From: Antedon mediterranea
Lineage: Eukaryota; Animalia; Echinodermata
DNA: 64,000 nucleotides
Reading direction: 5' to 3'
NCBI RefSeq assembly: GCF_964355755.1
Contig: NC_092675.1
Span: forward strand, 801,812-865,811
The notes under the pieces are model-generated. The model searched no databases and was not told the origin of the DNA. It saw only the letters and a program-made list of their open reading frames with translations. Of this stretch, positions 48,618 to 60,787 are shown piece after piece. Made by a program: the position numbers and the translations under genes. How positions within the stretch are numbered: position 1 is the stretch's first letter; the number at the start of each line of letters is the position of its first letter.

Positions 48618-48817
48618 ATGAATTGTAATGAAAATAAAACTAAATTTATTTAACGAAATTAGATAAACATAAAAGATTAATATAGCCCTATCTTAAATAA
48701 TAAAATAATTTACAGAATTATAATTGTGAAAAAAAATACTAGTTCATATATTGAATTAAATACAACGTAAAAAATGTTTAGAAACAAAAATACATTTGAA
48801 ATATTCAATAAATGTGT

Positions 48818-51277
48818 TTATGCTTTTTGTGATGTAATAACAACTTTCTCTTCTTTCTGTTCACCAGTCTTCCGTTGAGTATCTGTGCCATTCAACTGAT
48901 CTAGTTCAGGTATCTCGTCCTCTCCAGAGTGATTTATGTCCTCATGTCTGTCTTCGTATCGCCTGTTTTGCTGGTAATAACCTCGACGTTGATCGTCCTG
49001 CTGACGACTGAAACCATTACCTTGATGATCCCGTCGATAATGTCCTCTTCCTCTTCCACCGAATCGTTTGTTATAGTATTCATAATATCCAACTACATCT
49101 TGTGATTGTTCGTTATAACGACGATCTCGTTCGGTGTTTCTTCCTCCCCTGTGGCTGCTACCACCATAACGTCGAGTGGCCCAACTATCTCTTGGCTGTG
49201 CTGCTCCGTTCAAGTGTTGCTGCTGATGAATCCGCTCGCTTAGATCACTGATGTTGGCTTTCTGTACGTTACAGTCGTCGAAGAGGAGCTGGTGACTATT
49301 GGTGAGATGATCGAGTCTGGAATTTAGGTAAGGTATCCACTGTCCAAATTGAGTCTCCAGCACGGTTAGACGTTCGCTCATTGTGAGTAGGTCTACACCT
49401 ATTTGTTCGTTTGTAAGAATTGGAGCCCAGCATACATCTAAGTTTTAAACATAAATATATATATGCGCGGTCATAAAACAAATATATTAATTTACATTCA
49501 ATAAAAAACGAAAATTCAAAACAGTTTATAAATATTTAAAAAATAGTTAGGCCTAATATAGTTGTATAATTGTAACATATCACGTGGAACATTAATTGTT
49601 AACCGGAATATGAAGAACTAACCCCCATCGGCTGTCGAGTACTGCACGTATTGGGTTGTTGGGTCACTGCTTACAGGGATAGCGGCTGTTTGTTGTTGAA
49701 AATCGTGTGTACTTCTTTCGATAGCGTTATTTGTTACTGAATTTTCCGATTCGTCGGGAACTTTCATATGCTCAGACTCAAAACGGTTGGTCTTCTCTGG
49801 TTCTAGTGCAGCAGTAGGTATAGCCTTAAGACGTGTATCATCCTCTACCAAATCATTTGCTATCTGGTGACAAACTGTCGTCTTCTGAAGAGTTTTAGTT
49901 TGATCCATGGATTCCTCAACTTTTGTTTGTGAATAAGTAGCTGATGTTTGGGTGCTTGTTTGAACATCTTGGTTGACTTTATTATTGGTTACTTCCGCAA
50001 CCTCTACTAAAGGGCAACTCTGGGAAGACTTTTCAGTACTATCGATCTCATTCACCACCAATGCCTGGTTATTCACGGCAGACCAGTCAAAAACAGGTTG
50101 GTCATTGACTCTGGATAAGTCCGGCTAAAATAAAAACAAAATCGTTTAAAAAAACAAATTATTGTTAACGAGTAGCGACTTTAATCTGAAAAATAGGTTG
50201 GGGTGTACTAGAACCGCTAATAGAGGTTAAAACCCAGTTTGTATATTGCAAAGACCAGTCAAGCTACATAAACGACTTCCAAAGCTAACAAACCTTTTCA
50301 TCAATCTTTACATCATTTTCGTCATCGGTTTGATGATATCCTTGGCTACTGTCACCTAACGACCTCTGTGCGCCGACGACGGTCACTGCATCTGCACCAA
50401 CGATCACGTATTCATCTTCCGTGTTTGATGCAGAGATGTGTGGCTCAGGACCTGCAGTGGTTGAATTTTCGTCGTATTGCATTCCATCCAGTTTCTCCTC
50501 TTCGTCACAATGCTTACTCAAGACATTCCCATCTTGGTCGTCCTTTCCGTCGTCATCGTCGGTGTCAATTTCTTCATCAGGATCTGTTGCATCATTGTTG
50601 TTGTTGCAATTCTGCCGGAGAAGAAATAATTAGACTTGTAGGCGTGGTATAAAGGAGAAAGATGGTAGGCAATTACATAAAAAAATAGATAAAGAATATA
50701 GAATATTAAGTTAGCTAGTTAGGCACGTCCCCAATGCAATCAAGGATAGCCTAGGCCTAGCCTATAGTAGTATGGTAGGCTAATGATAATTTACCGAGTT
50801 TAACTGAAGTTGCAGATAAGGAGTGTTGAGTGAGTTGTCCTTCTTCCTGGGTCCAATTTCTGTAAAATCATCGTCTAATCCGAAAGAAAATGATTTACTT
50901 GTCCCAATGATCCTTCCATTCTTGCGGGAGTCTGCGTAAACGAACTTAAATTGACCCACTTCTTGAGATGGCATCATGGTATCTTCTGGAACGGAAGAGA
51001 GATCAAATTTGACTTGAAAAAGGACAGACCATCTGTAACGAACACATTCCTTCGGTATAGGTTGAAGACATAAGCAATCTTGAAGAATTTTGCCAGCCGC
51101 GGTGGCTGGTAAAATCCCGACAACATTCCGATCCAATAGGCGAGAACGTTGGACACGACATTGGACTATGACTGAGTTTCGGATGCTATACGTGCGTCTC
51201 ACATGTTCAAATTCTACTTCCTGTCTTCTTTTTCGTTCAAGGCAGGTTGCCTTTTTATCATGTTGACTTACAACCAT
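48818..51277 (-). CDS. SKICH-domain protein (CALCOCO/TAX1BP1-like N-terminus) with acidic disordered middle and RGG/Tyr-rich tail, about 640 aa, 4 exons
   Basis: Exons 50795-51277, 50294-50611, 49623-50124 and 48818-49437 splice in frame (1923 nt). The N-terminus VEFEHVRRTY...VVGILP...GQFKFVY...GRIIGTSKSFSF matches the SKICH pattern by eye. Confidence 0.75.
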
Positions 51278-51713
51278 GATTATGTAACTCCCTTTGTTGC
51301 TCAATCAATGCAAGTGAAAAGAAGTGCCGGGCCCTATCATGTACAATCAAGCAGCCACTACCAAAGTAATGTTTTTGTTTGATCCGTCCAAATGTTTTAT
51401 TCCAAAGTGAACACGTGTAGAACATAAAAAACAACGCTCTACGGGTACGCGCATGGATTACGCGCTGTTGCCCGATGAACATGCATCGTCAAGGAGATAA
51501 AGGATTGTACTTTAAACTAAAAGCAATTGTACTGTAAAACATAATAATATAAACATTTGTGTAGCGTTGTCTATAACTGTTGCACGTTACTACCTATTAA
51601 TTTTAAGTATCCGTTATTTGTTGTAGAATCATCAGATTTACCTTTCCATTTTTACAATTAATGTTTCATCAGACATACCGACTGAACTTTTTTTTCATTG
51701 TTTATTGGCTCTC

Positions 51714-51790
51714 TGTGCGCATGCCCAGTTCACAAATTCCCATTTAGACTCTCTTTCCATACGTTCTTTGGGGTGTGCGCATGCCCAGTC
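51714..51790. promoter_or_regulatory. Paired NRF1/P3A2-like motifs in a CpG-richer promoter region
   Basis: tgtgcgcatgcccagt occurs twice, 60 bp apart, upstream of the SKICH gene. A - strand donor-like site (aag|gtaaat) near 51641 suggests a 5' UTR exon. Confidence 0.5.
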
Positions 51791-51899
51791 CGAGAAAAAG
51801 AAAACTAGTTATAAGCTACCGCGCGTTATAGTTACCTTGAATATTATAATTGCCTAAAGGCGCGGCGCAAAAAAAAAGAAGAAAATCTTCGACATCAGT

Positions 51900-53080
51900 T
51901 ATGTAACTCTAAAGGTTCACTAAATAAGTTAGAAAATTTACAATACCAAATGGCTAGAATTATTTTGAAGGCACCAAGAAACGTCGCGAAAGCGGCATTG
52001 ATTGGTGACCTAGGATGGGAGACACTCTACACCATCCAAAATAAATTTAGGATGTCCTATTTTAACAGAATTAAAAATATGGACGACCAAAGGTGGCAAA
52101 AACTACTATGTAGATCTATAATGGATGTAGAAGATAAGGTGAAATGGAAGTGGATTAACCATATCAAAGATTTATTATGTAAATTTGATTTAGGAAATAA
52201 GTTTAATTTAAATCCGGAAAGTCAATGGTTCAAGAGTTTTACACATGCCAACTCTCTAGAAAATATCAAGGAATGGTTAGAAGGTGCAAAAACAAAGTCA
52301 ACCCTCTCCGAATATTTGAAATATAAACATGAACCTAAAGCAGAGACATACATGTTTGATATGGTGAATTTTGATTCCATTAGTTTAAAGTTTAAAGCGA
52401 GGTCTAACTCTCTTGATTTAGAAGGTAGAAAAAATACATGGTCAGAAAATGAGACTGGTTTTTGCAAGCTATGCAACAATCAGTTAATTGAAACTACAGA
52501 CCATTTTCTACTTGAATGTTCAAACCTTAAAAATGTAAGAGAAACACATTTTAACTTACTAAAAATGGATTTATTATATTGTGGTTATGATACATTCTGG
52601 GAAAATTTTAGAAGTGGTACAATCGAATACCAACATCATATTTTACTTGATGACCTTTATTTAGAATTTCCATTTGAGAGAATCGGTGAAATTGTAGACT
52701 ATCACTGTAAACAATACTTAACTGCTGCATGGAGACATAGAAAGACTACACTTAATATATAATATATAAATATTTACCGCCCACCATATTATCTACTAAC
52801 ATTATTTTACCATTTATCTAATTCAATAATATATTATATATATATTTTTTTTTTTTTTTTTTTTTTTTTTCCTTCAAAATTATATAATGTAACCTAAATC
52901 TAAATAAAATAAATAAATAATACAGTACTAAAAATAAGACTAAATAGTATAATAAAAATTGTATCACATTTAATTAAATTACAAATAACTATTAATATTA
53001 AATATAATAAGAACAAATAATCATATAAAAGTTGCATTTATTTTAATAATAACAGTATAATAAATCAATTAGCAGTTATA

Positions 53081-53111
<31 letters not shown>

Positions 53112-53417
53112 TTTTTAGTAATAATAATGATAATATATTCGCTTAAACTTGAAAATATTTATAATACTGATAATAAATAGATAATAACATTAACTCCATC
53201 ATATAGGTTAAGTATTGTTCGATATGTAAGATTACCTTGTTTTTACTAATTTCATTTTACTTGTATAATTCGCTTCTTAGTTAAGACTTAAATGTTATTT
53301 TTTGATACTTTTCTTTTTGTTTTTACATTGCCTTGTAAATGAACGCACCGTCTTATAAACGTGTGCCGCTGATACAAAAGCGTTCGTTCAATAAATTTAT
53401 CTTTATCTTATCTTATC
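51900..53417 (+). mobile_element. 5'-truncated LINE: C-terminal CCHC zinc-knuckle region, long 3' UTR and (ttatc)n tail
   Basis: ORF 51950-52762 with CKLC...ETTDHFLLEC. 3' stem-loop gaacgc...gcgttc, AATAAA and ttatc repeats. Possible target duplication atcagt at 51894 and 53414. Confidence 0.8.
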
Positions 53418-56400
53418 AGTGACGGTTTCAAATGCTATGTTTGCTGCCACCATTTAAATGCAACTTGTGTCAAAGGTTATGTTGTAAAATTATAAGCTGG
53501 AAGAGTGGGAAATTTGATCATCACAGGCCTTCTTGGTTTTCGACATGACAATCTTCTTTAGATAAATTAAGGTAAGTTACAATATCAATCAAAACAATTT
53601 GTAATGATAACACTGACATGCTTATATTAGAGGCCTAGGACTTACTACTTTATTGTAGGTAGGCTAGGCCTAGGCTAGGCCTACTCTAGCTAGCTAGCTA
53701 GTAGGTACTCTCTAGTAGGCCTACTACTCTTCTCTTTTATAGTGTAAAGTATGTACAGTACTATCAGTAGAGACTATTTGTTAGTATTATAATAAAATAA
53801 GTATAGAGTAGTAGTAGTAGGGCCTATACTAATGTTATTGAGGTTTCAGTCAGTCAGCAGTCAAGTAGGCCTATCATACAGTAGTTCTATACTAGCCTAG
53901 GTTACATAGGCTAGACAGTACTATAGTATTAAGTTTAGGAGGCCTCATTATTGGCATTGACACTTCTTGCACCAATTTTGGACAATAAATAAGGTTTATC
54001 GCAAAATAGCGTGCACTACACAACATGGTGGAAAGGATTTGGGAGCAAATGTCAAAACGAGTATGTGAATGTTGTTTGTACATACGCATAGTGACGTTTG
54101 CTCCCAAACCCTTCCCTCGCAAAATCAAGTTTTTCTAAGATAAACCTTATGCATTCAAAAATGTCCAACATGTTTGTACAGTACGTGTGCAATTTGAACG
54201 ATTTGCGAAAATTTAAATTGCACAAGGATTTCTATGCGCAATTTGAATCAAAATACTCAATTAAAAATACCCACCACAATTTGAAATTGTGCAAGAAAAT
54301 CCTTGCGTAATTTGAAAATGCGCAAGAAACTTTTGCGCAATTTGAAATTGTGCAAATTACGCATAGCATGTGCCTACATTAACTGTATATCTTGTGCCTG
54401 TAGGGGCCAGTACGTATGATTTATTGCAGGCATTATTCAAACAATGCGGGGTGTTTATGGTTCAAGTGTCTAACTTCAGATTTATAAAAAAAAGTTTATT
54501 CACTTATTCATGTTTGCCGCATTTCTTTATCATACAGTATTTTATATTTGATTCGTTAATGGTTCAATGTATGCTGTCTAAAGATATAAATAAATTTATC
54601 CAAAGTTATTCTTATCTTACTTCATTTTTGCCTCTATTTGGTCTTATTAGAAAAAAATAATGATGATGTGAAAGAAAATTTATAGAGGTGTTTATTGGTT
54701 GGACGGGGAGGGGGGGAGGTGGGTTTTATTTAAAGTGGGGCGTTTATTCAAATAAATATGGTAAATAAGTTTAGATTAATTATTAATTGTTTTATTTTCT
54801 TATTAAAGAATGTCAACTAAAACTGTAGAAGATCACATTGTAGTTTAATAAACTTTTTAGTATGATTAAAAATAATTGAATTATCCCTGTGTGTGTAACA
54901 AACATTGAGGGATAAAAAAAAAGTTTAAAAGTAGGTTAATAATTAAAAATTTGGGTTGCATCCAATACTTGACTGAATTGATAGACAATTTCCCAGATAA
55001 ATAAAATGATGAGCAAAAACAGATTAACAATGTCAAGAAAATCTACAAACATTTCATCTCTTTTTTAACAACTAATATCTTTATAGCATTAAAAGGAAAT
55101 TATGACTGGAAAATTGAGCATTGTCGCGAAAGATTTCTAATGTTTCAGCTGTGCACGGTGTCCATTTCAACAAGATCTGACAGGACAAAATGTGTATTTG
55201 TGTGGTTTATGTAAAAGGCAATTTAAAAATAAGCGACTTTTAAACAATTTAATTTAATTTAATGTCAATTCAATACTGTATGAATTATGTTAGAAGCTAA
55301 TCAGTATAAATTGAGTTGATAATAACTTACTGACATTAAATAGCCTTATGGCATTTAGCCAAATATAATGTGATGTTAATCTCTGAGTGAGTGGTTCATT
55401 ATTTTTCATAGTATATTAAATTTCAATTTGGAAGGTAATCATGTTCAGCTTATTTATTATTAGGAAGAGTATTTGTGGGTATACTGTTCAGGTTATATTT
55501 TAACTGTAACTGTACCTACAGTACACTAGTACTAGTAGTGTAATATAATCACTCTTTATAATAATTATATTTATTTTAATTTAATTTTTATTGTTACATG
55601 TTTATGTCTTGTCATGATGTATTTCTGTGAGGGTCCCAAATGATCAACTTCGGCTGGATGTACAACCCTTGTAAAATATTGTTGAAAAAAATAAATAAAA
55701 TAAATATATAAATAAATAATAATATCAAACTATTTAAATATACATTAAGGTCATTGGTTCAGTTTGTACTCATTAAAAAAAATAATCCTCTCTGCAAAAT
55801 CCTAGTCTATACCTTGATAAAGGTAATACTAAAAGAATGTTATCAATAATGTTTTTGGGTTTACAGTATACTGTCTCTCACTCATTGATTGGAATTAATA
55901 GGCATTTGGCGGTTTCCAGGTAAAAACAGTACTAGACTACCAACACCTCTGTACAGTACTGTACTGTATGTGTAATCTGATAATAATATACAGTAATAAA
56001 AAATGTGTTGGTAAACACAGTATATATTTTTTTAATTATATGAAAATTAATGAAGAGTGCGGGATGAAGAATTAAGGAGGACTAAGAGTTTAGAATTGTG
56101 AACGTGCTAGACCTAATTTTCCATCGTTTTTGCTTGCCTACAGTACTGTATGGTACAATACAGCAACTCCTCGGAGAGATTCAGGTCTGCATTGAATACA
56201 GTACAAAACTCTCAAAATGTCCCTTTCACCACCAATGAGAGTTGAGCCTAGTACAGTAAACCTATATTATTTATTGTAGTTTATCCTTTAAATCATGTTG
56301 GTATAGACTTAGCTACAAAGCATGTTCTTAGTACATGTTAAAGAGACATAAAAGATGTTTTACTTATAAATCTTATTTCTTCTTGACAGTACAAAATAAA

Positions 56401-56730
56401 TATATACAGAATGGATTCTTAAATCAAATGAAAATGACTTGAGATTATGTTCTGCTGGATCCGAAAAGGTTAAAGTTCAAAGACTGGTCATCTCAGTTAT
56501 TATGCCTGTCGTTATTTAAATGATATAATATTCAGAAATATTTTTGGTTTTTACAATTTCAGATTTGGTTAGGTTTACATCAGTGATATCATAGTGTTGA
56601 CCAAACTAAGTAGACAAAACAAAATAATATTACCTGACCTGAAAAATTTAATTAATTAATAAAACTTAATTATTTAAATTGACACCTGCTTAGTCACAAA
56701 GTTACATAACATTATAATAAAAGTACAGGA

Positions 56731-57382
56731 CATGGTAATGTTAGTATACAACATGGTAATGTTAGTATACAACATGGTAATGTTAGTATACAACATGGTA
56801 ATGTTAGTATACAACATGGTAATGTTAGCATACAACATGGTAATGTTAGTATACAACATGGTAATGTTAGTATACAACATGGTAATGTTAGTATACAACA
56901 TGGTAATGTTAGTATACAACATGGTAATGTTAGTATACAACATGGTAATGTTAGTATACAACATGGTAATGTTAGTATACAACATGGTAATGTTAGTATA
57001 CAACATGGTAATGTTAGCATACAACATGGTAATGTTAGTATACAACATGGTAATGTTAGTATACAACATGGTAATGTTAGTATACAACATGGTAATGTTA
57101 GTATACAACATGGTAATGTTAGTATACAACATGGTAATGTTAGCATACAACATGGTAATGTTAGCATACAACATGGTAATGTTAGCATACAACATGGTAA
57201 TGTTAGTATACAACATGGTAATGTTAGTATACAACATGGTAATGTTAGCATACAACATGGTAATGTTAGCATACAACATGGTAATGTTAGTATACAACAT
57301 GGTAATGTTAGTATACAACATGGTAATGTTAGTATACAACATGGTAATGTTAGTATACAACATGGTAATGTTAGTATACAAC
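56731..57382. repeat. 21-bp minisatellite, about 31 copies
   Basis: Unit catggtaatgttag(t/c)atacaa with a single variable position. Confidence 0.97.
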
Positions 57383-60096
57383 TTGCTTTAAATGAAAATA
57401 AATTAATATTGGAAAAAAAGCAGAATTAAAAAAATGAGTAGGTTCCACACGATTCTCCATACTACTACAGTATATCTTAGATTTCTCGAGTACCTGTAAT
57501 ACAGCATCACATGGGTTGCACGGCTGCCTAGTATCATACAGTAAACCATGATACACATAAGATTCTGTATTGCTGAATTTTTTATACTGCACAAATATTA
57601 TCGTACTATATCAGGAATATCTATGATCAATTTTCAGGAAAAAAAAGTTCTTACGTATGATTTAAAAGTAGTACTAGTAGTAGGCCTACTGTATGTAAAC
57701 TTATTTGTTATTATTTTGTTAGACAGTGATGATAATATAATTATTCCTTCAATTCAATATTTTTAGTGCATTATCCTTTCTCCTTTGGATTAAATGACTT
57801 ACAAAGATACTTTAATTTGCGGACAGCCAAATGAATCGATTACTGTCTCACAGATGTGAATTTTAATTGGCTGACCTACATTAGACTGTTGACTTAATAA
57901 GGACAGGTGTAAATGGATTGGCTTTAGAAACTATTACCTGGCTTGAGTATCTAATTGTCCAGTTTGCTGACCTTTCCAAATGAATTTTAGTGTAGAATGA
58001 TCAGAAGCTATTTTGTACTGTTTGATACAGTACTGTGGCGTAAATATTTAGATACTTCAATTTAAAAGCGTGTACCAAAATTGAAAATGATTTTTATATT
58101 CATAATTTTGTTTGACCACTATGGTAAAGTTCAACAAAATGATCTTCTCTTATACCATACTTTATTATATAACCAAATAAAATGTTTTGGACTTTAGAAT
58201 ATTTACATATGGATATTAGTAAACACAATTGTGGTAACCATTGAAAATAGAGTTTAAAGTGAGAAGAAATCCCCAAAACCACACACCTACCACGGTAGAC
58301 TCCCAGGAAGATTTTATGCTCTTTTTTTGTTAAATTGTTGTTTTCCTTTGTTGATGATTGAAAGCGATGACATTGACAGTAAACTTTTAAATCAAACAAG
58401 CAGAGAAAATGTTGAGAAATGTAGATTGAGATGTTATGGATACAGGAATCAGAGTAAAACAATAGGTACAGTATACAGTAGATACAAATGGTAATAAATA
58501 CAAGGGTCAAATTGGAATCCAGTTTATCGGATTTTTAAAATATAATTTGGGAGGACTAAACCTAAGGCCTACAGTAGAAGGGATGGCTATTTTTTGTTAT
58601 GCTACATACAGTATAATTTGTTTCTACTAAGCCTTGTTTGTATTGTTTCATCCTTTATCCCCATCATGTTCATACATACAGTACAGTACCACTCATAAAT
58701 GATTGTTTTATAATCACATTATGGTGCCTAGAAATCAAAGATATGACATGACCCAAATTATATTGAAAATATTGTTTTTGTGACTGTTTATATATACAGA
58801 ATAGTTTTGATTACCAATGTCTCATTTTATCAGTAGACACTGCTATCGAGTCAAAAACTCCTCAATTTTCTATTTACTGAAATTAGTACAGAAAAGTGAG
58901 AACCTATTGTTGATAGTACAATCTTTGTTGAACTGTAAGTAAGGCCCCTAAACACAGAATTAGGACACTTTATTGATTACATTTCTTTAGATATTTGTGT
59001 AAGCAGACGTTAATCTACATTTAAGCATTAAAACTTTGAAATGACATATTTAATTTAGGAATTAAGAACTATTAATATCCTTTTCATGTAGTTTCAAAAT
59101 TGAAAATCTATTATACAACTTCATATCATTTCCTTTTGTTTATTTTCCACATATGTTTCCATGGAGATCTTTTGAAAAAGCCCTTTCTCTTAGTTCAATT
59201 TCAACTTCTCAAATCTCTTTGTCATTTTTAAATGTCTTCTGTTATTGAATTGATATCAATATTTTGTTGAATCACATTTTTAAGATAGATAGATCATATT
59301 GTTTGATAATTACAGAGCAGGTGATAAACTTACCGAGTAATAATTCATATTTCATCGTGTTTACTTCCGATTTTTTTTGTATTTTATTCTTTCAATTAAA
59401 AAAAAAATCTGAATTACTATATACAACTAAAGCACATGTAAGAAACAGTTTTTGAACATGAATTTACATTAAAAAATTACATTCATTCAAACCAGAAAAA
59501 AAAAATAACATTAATCTGACTGTAAAAATACAGTATAGTAATAGCTAAGCAAAAAATAAAAACTAAAAGCTGAGCTTTTAAAAAATTTGGTCAAAATAAT
59601 AATATTTAGTTGTATAAATATATACCTAGTTATGCATTCAAATTATTCATAGAACAGTATAGGTACTGTACGGAAACTGTTGATACCTACAGCAGTAACA
59701 ATGCACACCTATATTGTAAAAATATCTATAAATTGTTAAAATTGTTAATATATCGTAGATACATCTTTAAAATACAATTACAACAAATTGAATACATAGT
59801 TCAGAATAATGAATGTTTATGAATTTAATTCGCTGCTTCCACCTGTAATTAATGTTGAAGGCTAGATGATGGGAAGCTTGCCATTAAAAAATACATCACT
59901 ACACTCTGATTTGGTTGTGGACTAAAAGAGACTACTTTAAATGAACCCGAAACAACAGTCGCCAACCTTAATTGGCAGAAACTAACTGGTGCCATGTTTT
60001 AGAAAATAGAACCAAAAAATAGATTTTCTACCATGCAATATAACTATGACTGAACAGTACATGATACAAAATTAACAAATCAAATGGCAAAGGTGA

Positions 60097-60787
60097 TGTA
60101 ATAGTATAGGTAGGCAAGATTGTAATGTTGTAATAGTATAGGTAGGCAAGATTGTAATGTTGTAATAGTATAGGTAGGCAAGATTGTAATGTTGTAATAG
60201 TATAGGTAGGCAAGATTGTAATGTTGTAATAGTATAGGTAGGCAAGATTGTAATGTTGTAATAGTATAGGTAGGCAAGATTGTAATGTTGTAATAGTATA
60301 GGTAGGCAAGATTGTAATGTTGTAATAGTATACAGTAGGTAGGCAAGATTGTAATGTTGTAATAGTATAGGTAGGCAAGATTGTAATGTTGTAATAGTAT
60401 ACAGTAGGTAGGCAAGATTGTAATGTTGTAATAGTATAGGTAGGCAAGATTGTAATGTTGTAATAGTATAGGTAGGCAAGATTGTAATGTTGTAATAGTA
60501 TAGGTAGGCAAGATTGTAATGTTGTAATAGTATACAGTAGGTAGGCAAGATTGTAATGTTGTAATAGTATAGGTAGGCAAGATTGTAATGTTGTAATAGT
60601 ATACAGTAGGTAGGCAAGATTGTAATGTTGTAATAGTATAGGTAGGCAAGATTGTAATGTTGTAATAGTATAGGTAGGCAAGATTGTAATGTTGTAATAG
60701 TATAGGTAGGCAAGATTGTAATGTTGTAATAGTATAGGTAGGCAAGATTGTAATGTTGTAATAGTATACTGTAGGTAGGCAAGATTG
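60097..60787. repeat. 32-bp minisatellite (with 37-bp variants), about 21 copies
   Basis: Unit taatagtataggtaggcaagattgtaatgttg; some units carry a 5-bp insertion. Confidence 0.97.

Noticed and set aside
50974-51156. Alternative frame (AYWIG...) suggesting a frameshift in the SKICH exon
   Set aside because: The main frame already aligns continuously with the SKICH pattern (VVGILP...QDCLCL), so no shift is needed.
54060-54365. Recurrent ttgcgcaa/aatttga motifs
   Set aside because: Probably a decayed foldback repeat, but termini could not be defined.
56674-57391. Long ORFs (MLYTNIT)n and a CRISPR-like appearance
   Set aside because: Pure 21-bp tandem repeat with no unique spacers; the ORFs arise because the unit lacks stops.
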